Origin: a virus
Reading direction: 5' to 3' (one strand)
Virus record (IMG/VR): IMGVR_UViG_3300017783_000001
Length of the DNA: 64,000 bases
Part shown: positions 18,509-27,127 of the stretch, one piece after another
Layout: the number at the start of each line of letters is the position of its first letter
How positions within the stretch are numbered: position 1 is the first letter of the stretch
The notes under the pieces: model-generated
What the model was told of the DNA's origin: nothing
Databases searched by the model: none
The model's input: the letters and a program-made list of their open reading frames with translations, nothing else
Translations under genes and position numbers: made by a program

Positions 18509-19468
18509 TTATATATTTAGGGGTCCGAATTTAAACGGAGGCATAACTCTTCCACCAGTAATCTTACCGATTGGAAACGACCTCTTCAAGTTATTCAGTA
18601 CACCTTCACCTGCTCTTCTCAATTCAGGTGGTAATTTACTTAAAAATCCACTATCGCCTTCTTTAACGATAGGATTATTAAATTGCGATTGACCAATCTG
18701 AAATTTGTTTTGTTGGTCTATTGCAAAGTTTAACCAGTATCTATATTTAAATTGTACCGTAAATGTCTGTACTTCATTTGAACCGGCAGCATACGATACA
18801 TCACCTACTGAAACTGGATATGCTTCCCACAATCTAACACCATATGTTGCACCGTCTCGTTCTTGTGCTCCTGGGTCAGAACCTAATTGTAATATATTAA
18901 TTGGTGCTACATACTCATCATAGTACGCATAGTTGTGAGTTATATTTGAAAAGGCAGTCTTTTGCCACAATTCAAAAAATATTCTTTCTCTCATATATTT
19001 GTCTGTGTAAAATGTCATTGATACATCAGCCATTTCATAATCATAAACAATGTGTCTTGGTGGACCATTGTGTTTTACTGATTTAGTCTTCATTGTTCTA
19101 GCAGGCATATTCACTTCTGATACAAACGCTTGTACTCTTCTTTGTAAGTTTGCTTCATTAGCGTATCTTCTTATTTCACTACCGTGTACCATACCATCAC
19201 CACCAGGTACTGCACCACCAAAATCAAAACCACCTGCCATCTTACCACCTGTTGGTAGTTCAAAGACAACATAGTATCTAGCCTTACGAGCAAAACCTTC
19301 TGATTCATTTACATAGGATTGAAATCTACCCATTGTAGTTTCAGGATTTGCACCTGCTTTTGCTCTGAACCTTGGGTCTCGGTTGATATTATCCATAGAA
19401 CGGTCTCTAGGAATACCAATTCTGATATCCATACCACCTATTCTTTTACCGCCTCGTAATATTGCCAT
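18509..19468 (-). CDS. Tail-tube initiator/baseplate-tube junction protein (gp54/gp19 fold)
   Basis: VNMPARTM, SMTFYTD, LWEAYPVSVGDVSY...TFTVQFKYRYW; upstream of gp26. Confidence 0.75.
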   Translation of the reverse strand: MAILRGGKRIGGMDIRIGIPRDRSMDNINRDPRFRAKAGANPETTMGRFQSYVNESEGFARKARYYVVFELPTGGKMAGGFDFGGAVPGGDGMVHGSEIRRYANEANLQRRVQAFVSEVNMPARTMKTKSVKHNGPPRHIVYDYEMADVSMTFYTDKYMRERIFFELWQKTAFSNITHNYAYYDEYVAPINILQLGSDPGAQERDGATYGVRLWEAYPVSVGDVSYAAGSNEVQTFTVQFKYRYWLNFAIDQQNKFQIGQSQFNNPIVKEGDSGFLSKLPPELRRAGEGVLNNLKRSFPIGKITGGRVMPPFKFGPLNI

Positions 19469-19845
19469 TAGTTATCCTTACTTTTATAATTTTCTATCGC
19501 TGCCTTTATTGCGTCTTCAGCCAACACACTACAATGTATCTTAACTGGTGGTAACGCAAGTTCTTCAGCAATGTCTGTATTCTTAATCTCTACTGCACTA
19601 TCTAAAGTTCTACCTTTTACCCATTCTGTTAACAATGATGATGAGGCAATTGCACTACCACAACCAAATGTTTTAAAACAAGCGTCTGTAATAGTATTAT
19701 CTTTAACTTCAATCTGCAACTTCATAACATCACCACAAGCAGGTGCCCCTACTAGACCTGTACCAACATTAGGACTATCTTTGTCCATCGTGCCTACATT
19801 ACGAGGGTTTTCGTAATGGTCAATTACTTTATCTGAATAAGCCAT
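19468..19845 (-). CDS. iscU: Fe-S cluster scaffold IscU
   Basis: YSDKVIDHYENPRNVG, GAPACGDVM, FGCGSAIASSS, LPPVKIHCS. Confidence 0.97.
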   Translation of the reverse strand: MAYSDKVIDHYENPRNVGTMDKDSPNVGTGLVGAPACGDVMKLQIEVKDNTITDACFKTFGCGSAIASSSLLTEWVKGRTLDSAVEIKNTDIAEELALPPVKIHCSVLAEDAIKAAIENYKSKDN

Positions 19846-19859
19846 AATCTACTCCTGAT

Positions 19860-20012
19860 TTAATGTTTATCTTTCCAATGTCTACTTCTTCTCATTCCTA
19901 AATAGTGTTCACCTGGTTCATAATTCCATTTGTGTCCGTGATGTCCTCTTATATCACAATACCACATTCTTAATTTGACGATTGCAACTCGCCATAAACT
20001 TCTTCTTGCCAT
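19860..20012 (-). CDS. Small His/Arg-rich protein (50 aa)
   Basis: Not in track. MARRSLWRVAIVKLRMWYCDIRGHHGHKWNYEPGEHYLGMRRSRHWKDKH fills the gp2-iscU gap. Confidence 0.6.
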   Translation of the reverse strand: MARRSLWRVAIVKLRMWYCDIRGHHGHKWNYEPGEHYLGMRRSRHWKDKH

Positions 20013-20049
20013 TTACCTTATTACTCTTACTCATCATAAAAGTCCTCTG

Positions 20050-20601
20050 TTATCTTGTGCTTCTACGCCAAACGGTAGTCGCTGGTTGTTTTCTAAATTG
20101 TTGTACTGGCAAGTATACTGCAACCGCAGCTTCAGACGCATTGATACGCAAAAACTGACTTCTCACATTACTATAAAGATATTTATGAAGAGTTGGTTTA
20201 ACCATAGGTATATTCTTCACACTATCATAAGATACTTGGTATTTCGTATTAGGTCTTATCATATCGCCAGACAGAAATTTATCCATTCTTGCTAGTAAGG
20301 TAAATCTCATTGCAGGTGGTAAGTAATGGAAATTCATTCCAATAAATCCTCCTGGGATTGGTTCTAATGGTAATACTAAAGGGAATGTGTCGTAATAAGG
20401 TAGTGTTTTCTTAAATTTCGGGTCATAAAAAAATAGATTTAATCGTCCTTGAGAAGGTCTACTGATTAAGTTACCTGCTCTCATTAATGCTCTTGCCTGT
20501 GTTTTGTCAGCTATACTGCCGACAGCCTTACGATACCACGCACCGGATTTTCGGGTGTTGCCTTGTTTTTGTACTAATGGGTCTAATATAGATATTGCCA
20601 T
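20050..20601 (-). CDS. 2: DNA end protector gp2
   Basis: FFYDPK.K.TLPYYDTFPLV, G.NFHYLPP, ..HKYL; late promoter at 20610-20617. Confidence 0.92.
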   Translation of the reverse strand: MAISILDPLVQKQGNTRKSGAWYRKAVGSIADKTQARALMRAGNLISRPSQGRLNLFFYDPKFKKTLPYYDTFPLVLPLEPIPGGFIGMNFHYLPPAMRFTLLARMDKFLSGDMIRPNTKYQVSYDSVKNIPMVKPTLHKYLYSNVRSQFLRINASEAAVAVYLPVQQFRKQPATTVWRRSTR

Positions 20602-20624
20602 AACATCTATATTTATACGATTTG

Positions 20625-21194
20625 TTAATCGCTTTTTGGTTTAGGTATCGGTAATATAAAATCTTCTGGTGGCATTTTAAGTGTAGATTTTTTGCCATTG
20701 TAGATGTTAGCGTCTGGATTATCTTCAAGGTAATCTTTCTTCATTTCATCCCACATAGTTTTATCTGATTTTGTTCTTTCAGGTCGTGCTCTTAAACCTT
20801 TACAATGTTTTTCTACCGTTGCAAATTGTGGTGGTAGAGGTCTGTCTGCATATCTTTGACAAACTTTAAGCATTTCTAGTTCTTGTCTTAAATTTTCATT
20901 CTCTAATAATATTTTGTTTTGTTCATCACACATCTTTTTAGATACACCGAGATACTTACGAAAGGTTAATGATAATCTATTATTTTCTTGTTCATAATCA
21001 CTATCGCCATAAATGTAATCAGTATCACCTCTATCTGTTTCTATACGAACATCCACATCGCCGTATCTACAACTATTAGAATAAGAGTTTAGGTATTCAT
21101 TTCTTGCTTGTGCTGGTTTCATAAACACAGCCATAAGCGTTAATAGGGCAAGAAGTAAAAAAGTGAACCGTAAGTCCATCCTCAGCACTTCCAT
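20625..21194 (-). CDS. Secreted Cys-containing protein
   Basis: Signal peptide AQA/RNEYLN; four Cys. Confidence 0.7.
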   Translation of the reverse strand: MEVLRMDLRFTFLLLALLTLMAVFMKPAQARNEYLNSYSNSCRYGDVDVRIETDRGDTDYIYGDSDYEQENNRLSLTFRKYLGVSKKMCDEQNKILLENENLRQELEMLKVCQRYADRPLPPQFATVEKHCKGLRARPERTKSDKTMWDEMKKDYLEDNPDANIYNGKKSTLKMPPEDFILPIPKPKSD

Positions 21195-21195
21195 A

Positions 21196-21510
21196 TTAGT
21201 TACCGTTCACATCACGGTTAAGGTCTTTGATGTCCCACGCCTGGTCTCTAACTTTTTCTGCTAGTTCTCTATATAGATTTTCTGCCATCTCCCAAGTACC
21301 TTCTGCTCTGGATAGACGCTGTTTTAAATCTGTATTTGAGTCCTTAACAACTTTTAAGTCTCTTTGTAAGTTAGTTAATGCTGATGAATTTGCGTTTATA
21401 GTATCTGTAAGATTAATTACATATTTGATACCTGTAAATGACCCAACTAATATTGAGGCAACGACTGGTATCATTACTATGTTCTTTTTGAGTAAATCTG
21501 TTAATTGCAT
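21196..21510 (-). CDS. Membrane-anchored coiled-coil protein
   Basis: N-terminal TM helix then heptads; late promoter at 21571-21578. Confidence 0.72.
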   Translation of the reverse strand: MQLTDLLKKNIVMIPVVASILVGSFTGIKYVINLTDTINANSSALTNLQRDLKVVKDSNTDLKQRLSRAEGTWEMAENLYRELAEKVRDQAWDIKDLNRDVNGN

Positions 21511-21582
21511 AAGTTCCTTTTAATGCAATTCAATATGTGATGTAGAATAATGTAGTGGTTTGTTTAGAAGTATTTATAAGAA

Positions 21583-21605
21583 CAAAGGGGTCCAGAAAGG
21601 ACCCC
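21583..21605 (-). terminator. Intrinsic terminator after gp32
   Basis: GGGGUCC-UUUCU-GGACCCC followed by UUUGUU. Confidence 0.85.
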
Positions 21606-21637
21606 AATGCCATTAAAGTAATGTGGAAAGAGAGAGA

Positions 21638-22540
21638 TTATTCGTCTTCAGCGAGTTTTGAAAAGTAAGATAATGTATCATCATCTTCAACGCTAGACGC
21701 CTCATTACTTTGAACCGAAGCAGCTGCTGTTGCAGGTGCTCTACTAGTAGTAGGTGGGAGGTCTATCTCACTAGCAGTCTCGGTATTCTTTGAACCAGCA
21801 ACCACACGATTAAACTTCTCTTTAAGTTCATCATAAGATTTAAAATTTGCTGCTTCTAGGAATGGTTTAAGAGGATATTGTTTATTCCAGATACCTTTGA
21901 TGACTTCATCATCTGTAGTAATTGGACTAACAGCCTCAAATTCCGATTTATCGTAATTCCAGAAACCATCAACTTTTCTGATTTTCAGTTTAAAGTTTGC
22001 ACCTGTCCAGAAATCAAATGGGTTAATTGGTTTTTCATCTTCAAACGCTGGCTGCATTGCTTCTGTAATCTTATCAAAAATCTTTTTACCGAATTTAAAT
22101 AAGAAAACTTTGCCTTCGTTTTCAGGATGCTTAGGATCACTCACAACATAGATGTTTGAGTAGTATGATAATTTTCTTTTTCTCTTACGAGCAATTTCTT
22201 TATCACTATCTACACCTGTGTTCCATAATATAGTATTCTCTTCTGACACAGGGTCTTTCTGACCTAATGTAGTTAGAGAGTTTTCAATATACCATCCGCC
22301 AGGTCCTTGAAAAGCGTGAGACCATACTCTTGCCCACGGCATTTCTTCTTTTTGAGGTGCTGGTAAAAATCTTAACACAGCATAACCATTACCAGTTTTA
22401 TCTAGTTCAGGTTTCCACAATCTGTCGTCTTGGTATTTGTTTTTAGTTTTAGCATTGTCCTCAGGATTGAGGTTTGCTTCTATTTGTTTCGTCAATTTGT
22501 CAAAATTACTTTGACTATTTTTTAGATTTTCAAAATCCAT
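21638..22540 (-). CDS. 32: Single-stranded DNA-binding protein gp32
   Basis: DDRLWKP.LDKTGNGYAVLRFLP, HAFQGPGGWYIEN, NPFDFW.GANFKLKI, acidic tail. Confidence 0.97.
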   Translation of the reverse strand: MDFENLKNSQSNFDKLTKQIEANLNPEDNAKTKNKYQDDRLWKPELDKTGNGYAVLRFLPAPQKEEMPWARVWSHAFQGPGGWYIENSLTTLGQKDPVSEENTILWNTGVDSDKEIARKRKRKLSYYSNIYVVSDPKHPENEGKVFLFKFGKKIFDKITEAMQPAFEDEKPINPFDFWTGANFKLKIRKVDGFWNYDKSEFEAVSPITTDDEVIKGIWNKQYPLKPFLEAANFKSYDELKEKFNRVVAGSKNTETASEIDLPPTTSRAPATAAASVQSNEASSVEDDDTLSYFSKLAEDE

Positions 22541-22610
22541 AGTTTATTCTCCTTGTATGTATTTCGTATTTGTATTGTTGTATATTTGTATGTATAATAA
22601 TATATGTTAT
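22541..22610 (-). promoter_or_regulatory. Unstructured AUAC-repeat leader of gene 32, likely autoregulatory operator
   Basis: AUACAUACAAAUAUACAACAAUACAAAUACGAAAUACAUAC runs into the AAGGAG SD. Confidence 0.6.
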
Positions 22611-22759
22611 TATTTATGCTTCTTTTTCCACTCATTATAACCTTTTGCCCAATTTTCTCTACATTGTTTAGGAAGTCTTCTTTCCCTATAACAAGTTCGT
22701 AAAGTTTCAGCAGTTTTTACAATAGTATCTAAAATACCATAAACAATTTTATCAAACAT
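22610..22759 (-). CDS. Small protein, probably leaderless (49 aa)
   Basis: Not in track. MFDKIVYGILDTIVKTAETLRTCYRERRLPKQCRENWAKGYNEWKKKHK; TTGACA-N17-TATAAT at 22767-22795. Confidence 0.65.
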   Translation of the reverse strand: MFDKIVYGILDTIVKTAETLRTCYRERRLPKQCRENWAKGYNEWKKKHK

Positions 22760-22791
22760 AAGTCTCATTATACACTTTCTTTATCCTTTTG

Positions 22792-23109
22792 TCAAGCACC
22801 TGTATAGGAATTTATCATACCCATAGCAAATATCACAGCCGCAACTGCATTTAACATAATTAATGCTCTATCGTGCCATAGCATACCTACTATGAACCAA
22901 CCTACAACACCTAAAAAGTGAAATACGAGGTTCAAAGGGTGTATATTAGTTGCCGTTAGAACCATTCCAGTGAGAATAATAACACTAGAAATCCATTTAA
23001 TGTACCACGATAAATCACCTTTTGGTGTTATCTTTTTAAATACTCTGGTACTATTTAATTCTTTAATCTTATCATCAAGTTTCTTCTTGTATACTTCTGT
23101 CATACTCAA
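22792..23109 (-). CDS. Small three-helix membrane protein
   Basis: WYIKW.SS...HPLNL...GWFIVGMLWHDRALI; resembles 40131..40373. Confidence 0.75.
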   Translation of the reverse strand: MSMTEVYKKKLDDKIKELNSTRVFKKITPKGDLSWYIKWISSVIILTGMVLTATNIHPLNLVFHFLGVVGWFIVGMLWHDRALIMLNAVAAVIFAMGMINSYTGA

Positions 23110-23711
23110 TTAAATATCTCTTTCATAATCAGTTTTGTTTCTGTTCTATTGTACCGTAAGAACGGTGCAAATTTCTTTAGTCGTTTAGCATAGATAGGCC
23201 AAACTACTTTTTCCTCAATTTCTTTATTCCATTTTCTAGTGAATCCCAATAACTCTTCAAAGACCACAAAAGTTTCATAACATATTTGTTTAGATAGTAG
23301 AAGTTTGAAAAAGATTGGATGTTGACCTCCATTAACCACAAAAAGGTCATCAAAAGACAAGCGCTTATTATCCATATTATTCCTAATACTATTACACTCA
23401 TTCCTAAACTGATAAGTAAAACTATCTTTACGCTTCTTGTAATCAAAGTATATATCGTGGCCATCAGACTTAGCAAGATTGCCAATCCAGGCTTTATCTT
23501 GGTGTAGAAAGTTTGACACAAAGAAGTCAACTGCTTCTTCTGCGTTATATTTTTTAGAAAGTTTGTGAAAGAAGTATTTGTCATTTCGTTTTGTAAATGT
23601 TTCTAATTTGCAATTGACTTTACCTCCATATGTGATATAGTCATATGTTTCGGTAGTAAAGTGAAGTTTAATACCCAACCAAATTTTAAATACATCAAAT
23701 CCTCCATACAT
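23106..23711 (-). CDS. 59: Helicase loader gp59
   Basis: KLHFT...YDY..Y.GK, F.KRNDKYFF.KLS, GQHP; next to gp33 and gp32. Confidence 0.9.
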   Translation of the reverse strand: MYGGFDVFKIWLGIKLHFTTETYDYITYGGKVNCKLETFTKRNDKYFFHKLSKKYNAEEAVDFFVSNFLHQDKAWIGNLAKSDGHDIYFDYKKRKDSFTYQFRNECNSIRNNMDNKRLSFDDLFVVNGGQHPIFFKLLLSKQICYETFVVFEELLGFTRKWNKEIEEKVVWPIYAKRLKKFAPFLRYNRTETKLIMKEIFN

Positions 23712-23920
23712 TATACAGGTAGTTCGCTTGTTTTAGGTAACAGATTTAACTTCTGACACTCTAAAGCAACCTTCTCTTTTAATGCTTTGTTAATTAATGG
23801 ACCGACCGTAGCTGTGTCAATCTCTCTTTCTTCGCAATAAAGAACGATAGCATCCATATAAGATGTTTTCTTCTCTTTTTTGAAGGCTTCTATTTCTAAA
23901 CTAAATTGTTTACTATTCAT
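23711..23920 (-). CDS. 33: Late transcription co-activator gp33
   Basis: FSLEIE, SYMDAIVLYCEE, LKEKV..E...LNLL......LPV. Confidence 0.9.
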   Translation of the reverse strand: MNSKQFSLEIEAFKKEKKTSYMDAIVLYCEEREIDTATVGPLINKALKEKVALECQKLNLLPKTSELPV

Positions 23921-23926
23921 ATTCTC

Positions 23927-23955
23927 ACTATACTATAACTAAAGGGGTTTGTCAA
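23927..23955 (-). promoter_or_regulatory. Sigma70 promoter predicted to give a leaderless gp33 mRNA
   Basis: TTGACA-N17-TATAGT; ATG lies 7 nt after the -10 hexamer. Confidence 0.8.
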
Positions 23956-24224
23956 GCACCAATACCAGGTTTAATTTCATATTCTTCCATAAAATCTTTT
24001 GCGTCTTCTTCAGGCATTTCAGCACAACCTATGTTGATTACCTGTGAAGTATCACCTTCTTCTCTTAATTTGTACATAAGACCACCATATAAACCATTAT
24101 GATTTTGATTAACAAAACTCATACATTCTGGTAGACTATCAAACTTATAAGCAGCGTGATGTCTAGGAAAAGTTTCTCCTTCTGCGTTCAGCAGAATTGC
24201 TACAATTAAAAATACCGTTTTCAT
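23952..24224 (-). CDS. Small secreted protein with two Cys
   Basis: Hydrophobic N-terminus, AGGAG SD, FDSLPEC...IGC. Confidence 0.7.
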   Translation of the reverse strand: MKTVFLIVAILLNAEGETFPRHHAAYKFDSLPECMSFVNQNHNGLYGGLMYKLREEGDTSQVINIGCAEMPEEDAKDFMEEYEIKPGIGA

Positions 24225-24237
24225 TTATCTCTCCTTT

Positions 24238-24536
24238 GAAAACGAGAAGTTTCTGTTGCCAAGTACCTCTCAAACTCCGTTACCTATTAACTAGGCAGCA
24301 AGGGCAAAATTTGCTTCGCCATTTAAAATTGCGTTTGAGTTCGCCAACTATTAATCTCCAATGGGTCATCTGCGTCTGTCAATCCTAACACACCCCCCAT
24401 AAAAACACTAGCGATACTTACGCCACAGATATAACCAATACTTTAACATAGCAGTTCTCCTTCTACTAGTGTGTTTATGGTGGAGGTGTCGGGAGTTGCA
24501 CCCGAGTCCAGTCCGGTTCTTACACCACCATCAACA
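24238..24536 (-). ncRNA. ssrA: Circularly permuted two-piece tmRNA, alphaproteobacterial type
   Basis: Acceptor piece ends GGAC-UCGGG-UGCAACU-CCCGA-CACCUCC-ACCA (24478); coding piece starts GGGGGUG (24397) giving G3:U70; tag GEANFALAA* at 24320-24291 after UAAAU. Outer ends approximate. Confidence 0.93.
24408..24449 (-). CDS. Putative 13-aa peptide MLKYWLYLWRKYR in the tmRNA intervening segment
   Basis: AAGGAG SD, 7-nt spacer, ATG...TAG inside the intervening stem-loop. Confidence 0.5.
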   Translation of the reverse strand: MLKYWLYLWRKYR

Positions 24537-24537
24537 A

Positions 24538-24732
24538 TTAATCCTTTTTAATCTTATCGCAAGTATTCTCGTCAGCATAAAGACCAGTCTCTTTGTCGTA
24601 TAACCAAACATATGAGTATGCAATGCTATTGCCTTTCTCTATACATTTCTTACCGAAAGAAACTCTTGGTTCCTTTATACTACAAGCACTTATTAAACTT
24701 GCAATAAAAATAATACTAATCAGTTTGTACAT
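24538..24732 (-). CDS. Small lipoprotein
   Basis: Lipobox ISAC; two further Cys. Confidence 0.7.
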   Translation of the reverse strand: MYKLISIIFIASLISACSIKEPRVSFGKKCIEKGNSIAYSYVWLYDKETGLYADENTCDKIKKD

Positions 24733-25069
24733 TTACTTCCTTATAATTAAATATTCCGTACACTATGCACTTTTCTCCTTGTGCTGGTGTCTCAATAATG
24801 GCCATTAACTGACCATCTTCGTTTATCCAATGAGATATAGCATAAACTATATCACCATCTTTAGTGCCACCATTTCTTCCAAACCCAACACTATGTGGTT
24901 TCATTTTATTTGCGTCTAAAAACTCATTCATTTGAACGGCAGTAGTACACAACATAGGTGCTTGGCTGTTATAGAATATATTGTTATCGGCACTTACATA
25001 ATTACTTGTCATCAAAAACATAATAACGAGTAATAATTTTTTCATTGTTTCCTTTTGTTTTAGAAACAA
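24716..25069 (-). CDS. Secreted hypothetical protein
   Basis: Signal peptide from MKKLLL; two Cys. Confidence 0.7.
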   Translation of the reverse strand: MFLKQKETMKKLLLVIMFLMTSNYVSADNNIFYNSQAPMLCTTAVQMNEFLDANKMKPHSVGFGRNGGTKDGDIVYAISHWINEDGQLMAIIETPAQGEKCIVYGIFNYKEVNVQTD

Positions 25070-25079
25070 TTAATGTAAT

Positions 25080-25769
25080 TTATTTCGCTGTCTCTAACTT
25101 TTTGTTCTCGTAATATTTATAAAAGTTTTCAATTGATTCTTTCAATTGTGGTTTGTAATCTTCTGGTTTCTTAATCCACTCTTGCATAGAACCATCTTCT
25201 CCTGCGATTAATATGACGATTTGTTCTATCGGTGTACCGAATATCTCTTCATACATAATTGCATAGGCAGTTGTCTGTAAAAAGTAATTATCAATCCACT
25301 CTTCAATCTTTTCTTTGTTGGCAGTTTTGAAATCAATTACTGAAAGTTTGTCTCTATATTGAGCGATACAATCAACTTGACCTGCAAGTGTTAACTCTTT
25401 AGAGTACATAATCTCTTCAATCAAGTGTACATCACCAATGTTCTCTAGGTAGGGTCTCATTAACCTGAATAGACCAAGAGGTAGTACACCTCTTTCACTA
25501 GGTGTTTCACCTTTGATATAGTTCTCTACTAGATTGTGAGTTGCTTTACCACGATTTGCGGCTCTTCGCATTTCAAAGTTGGCGACATCTTCACCGATAC
25601 TTTCTCGCCACTTCTTTAGACCTTCTGTTTTTCTGATACCTAAAATAGAGGTTACAGAAGGATAATTCTGTCCGTCAACTTCGTAAAAACGAACACCGTT
25701 TTGTCTACGACCTTTTGTCTTTGGTAGTAGGTCTTTGTTCAAATCAACAAACTTAAATTCTTTAGCCAT
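25080..25769 (-). CDS. PD-(D/E)XK exonuclease
   Basis: YPSVTSIL, RGKATH, AGQVDCIA, IDFKT, YFLQ..AYA; sigma70 promoter at 25803-25831. Confidence 0.9.
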   Translation of the reverse strand: MAKEFKFVDLNKDLLPKTKGRRQNGVRFYEVDGQNYPSVTSILGIRKTEGLKKWRESIGEDVANFEMRRAANRGKATHNLVENYIKGETPSERGVLPLGLFRLMRPYLENIGDVHLIEEIMYSKELTLAGQVDCIAQYRDKLSVIDFKTANKEKIEEWIDNYFLQTTAYAIMYEEIFGTPIEQIVILIAGEDGSMQEWIKKPEDYKPQLKESIENFYKYYENKKLETAK

Positions 25770-25892
25770 TATATTAATCCTTATCTTATTTAATTATCAC
25801 TTATTATATCATCACACGATACATTTGTCAAGCACCTAACCTTTTTTAGCGTACATATTAATTATATCGTCTTTAGAAAACTCACCAAGCGC

Positions 25893-26363
25893 TCAAGCAG
25901 GTTTGTATTCTTCGTATTGTGTCTTACCTTGGTCGTTTCTAAATGCTCTTAAAGTCTGTTTTCTATTGTCTGTAGTAGACTTATATGAGCAATGAATCCA
26001 ACCGCTGTTAGGTTCGTCTGTCTTATGGTACTCCAATATCAATTGGTCAAAATCTAAATTTTCAGATATCCATTTTGCTAGTTCAGCATTCGGTACCCCA
26101 AAAATTTCAAAATCGGCCGCTTGACCTTTGGCGTGCTGTGAGTTAACACTACTTCCAATAGATACACATAATTCCTCACTTCGGAATCCACTTGATACCG
26201 TTACCGGTGTAGCGTAATGGTCTCTTACTGGTTGTAAGATGTTTTCACATAACTTTTGCATAGCAGTAATTTGGTCGTCATTAGGATTGTTATTAATACC
26301 TTTCCGTTCCGCTGTTTGCGAAGCAGTTAGTTCCTTCAGACTAAAATTCTTACTTAATTTCAT
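25893..26363 (-). CDS. Peptidase M15 (endolysin candidate)
   Basis: LSKNFSLKE, SSGFRS, SQHAKGQAAD, WIHCS. Confidence 0.9.
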   Translation of the reverse strand: MKLSKNFSLKELTASQTAERKGINNNPNDDQITAMQKLCENILQPVRDHYATPVTVSSGFRSEELCVSIGSSVNSQHAKGQAADFEIFGVPNAELAKWISENLDFDQLILEYHKTDEPNSGWIHCSYKSTTDNRKQTLRAFRNDQGKTQYEEYKPA

Positions 26364-26505
26364 TTAATTTTTCCTTTGCCTTTAATTTAAGTTTCTTACC
26401 TTCTTTGAGTTGTTTCCAAGTCTCAAAACTTCTATCATTATTTCTTACTTGTTCTAATACATTCACTTCCTTTTTCAGTTCTTTGTGTGCCATTTTACTG
26501 GACAT
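26350..26505 (-). CDS. Small coiled-coil protein, YdcH/DUF465-like (51 aa)
   Basis: Not in track. HKELKKEV...LKEGKKLKLKAKEKL. Confidence 0.6.
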   Translation of the reverse strand: MSSKMAHKELKKEVNVLEQVRNNDRSFETWKQLKEGKKLKLKAKEKLNEIK

Positions 26506-26508
26506 AAA

Positions 26509-26931
26509 TTACCCCCTTGTTAGTTTTAGTATCTTCTCAATCTGTGCCTTAATAATTGGTCCTCTATTTGGCCAATGAATATAAGGTTCCTCCGTTTTAG
26601 ATAAGTTGTATAGAAAAGGTAAAACGATTTTCTCTAAATCTTTAAATCTCTTCGCAACATCTTCATCTGTTAGTTCTTTTGTTATAGTATCTTTTTCAGC
26701 AACTATCTGCATAATTTCATTCATCGCTGACTTTATAGATGATACATCATTTTTAATATTAGATAGTTCAGCAGATTGACTATCTATTTTCTTTGGGTCA
26801 ATGCCTGGTTCAGATTTAGGTACTTCTGCAACAGCAGGTCCTACACCCCAACTCTCGTCATTTAAATCAAACCCTCGCATATAATCTGGTATGTCTTTAG
26901 TCATCAAGGTCCTCCTTTTTACTCTCTTCAA
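26509..26931 (-). CDS. Hypothetical protein
   Basis: LEKIVLPFLYNL.K...YIHWPNR; likely start at MTKDIP. Confidence 0.75.
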   Translation of the reverse strand: MKRVKRRTLMTKDIPDYMRGFDLNDESWGVGPAVAEVPKSEPGIDPKKIDSQSAELSNIKNDVSSIKSAMNEIMQIVAEKDTITKELTDEDVAKRFKDLEKIVLPFLYNLSKTEEPYIHWPNRGPIIKAQIEKILKLTRG

Positions 26932-27127
26932 GTTTTATTAAAGCGTGTTCTCTAATGTTCTTGTCTGTTGTCGCCATAACACCCAAGTCAAAAGCACTAT
27001 ACGCCATACTTGCACTATTCTTACTTGCAACTGCACTAGTCATACCACCTACCGTAAACAAACTTGATAGGTTTGCACTACAACCAGTAGTAAGGACGAA
27101 TAGCAATATTAGTAATAACTTGTTCAT
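26897..27127 (-). CDS. Small lipoprotein
   Basis: Lipobox TTGC. Confidence 0.7.
   Translation of the reverse strand: MNKLLLILLFVLTTGCSANLSSLFTVGGMTSAVASKNSASMAYSAFDLGVMATTDKNIREHALIKLEESKKEDLDD

Noticed and set aside
24478-24510. Stand-alone tRNA
   Set aside because: Only a T-arm and acceptor 3' strand; it is the tmRNA acceptor piece, with no anticodon arm.
25080-25769. Cas4/CRISPR system
   Set aside because: Ordinary T4-like PD-(D/E)XK exonuclease without the Fe-S cysteine set; no repeat-spacer array seen in the window.
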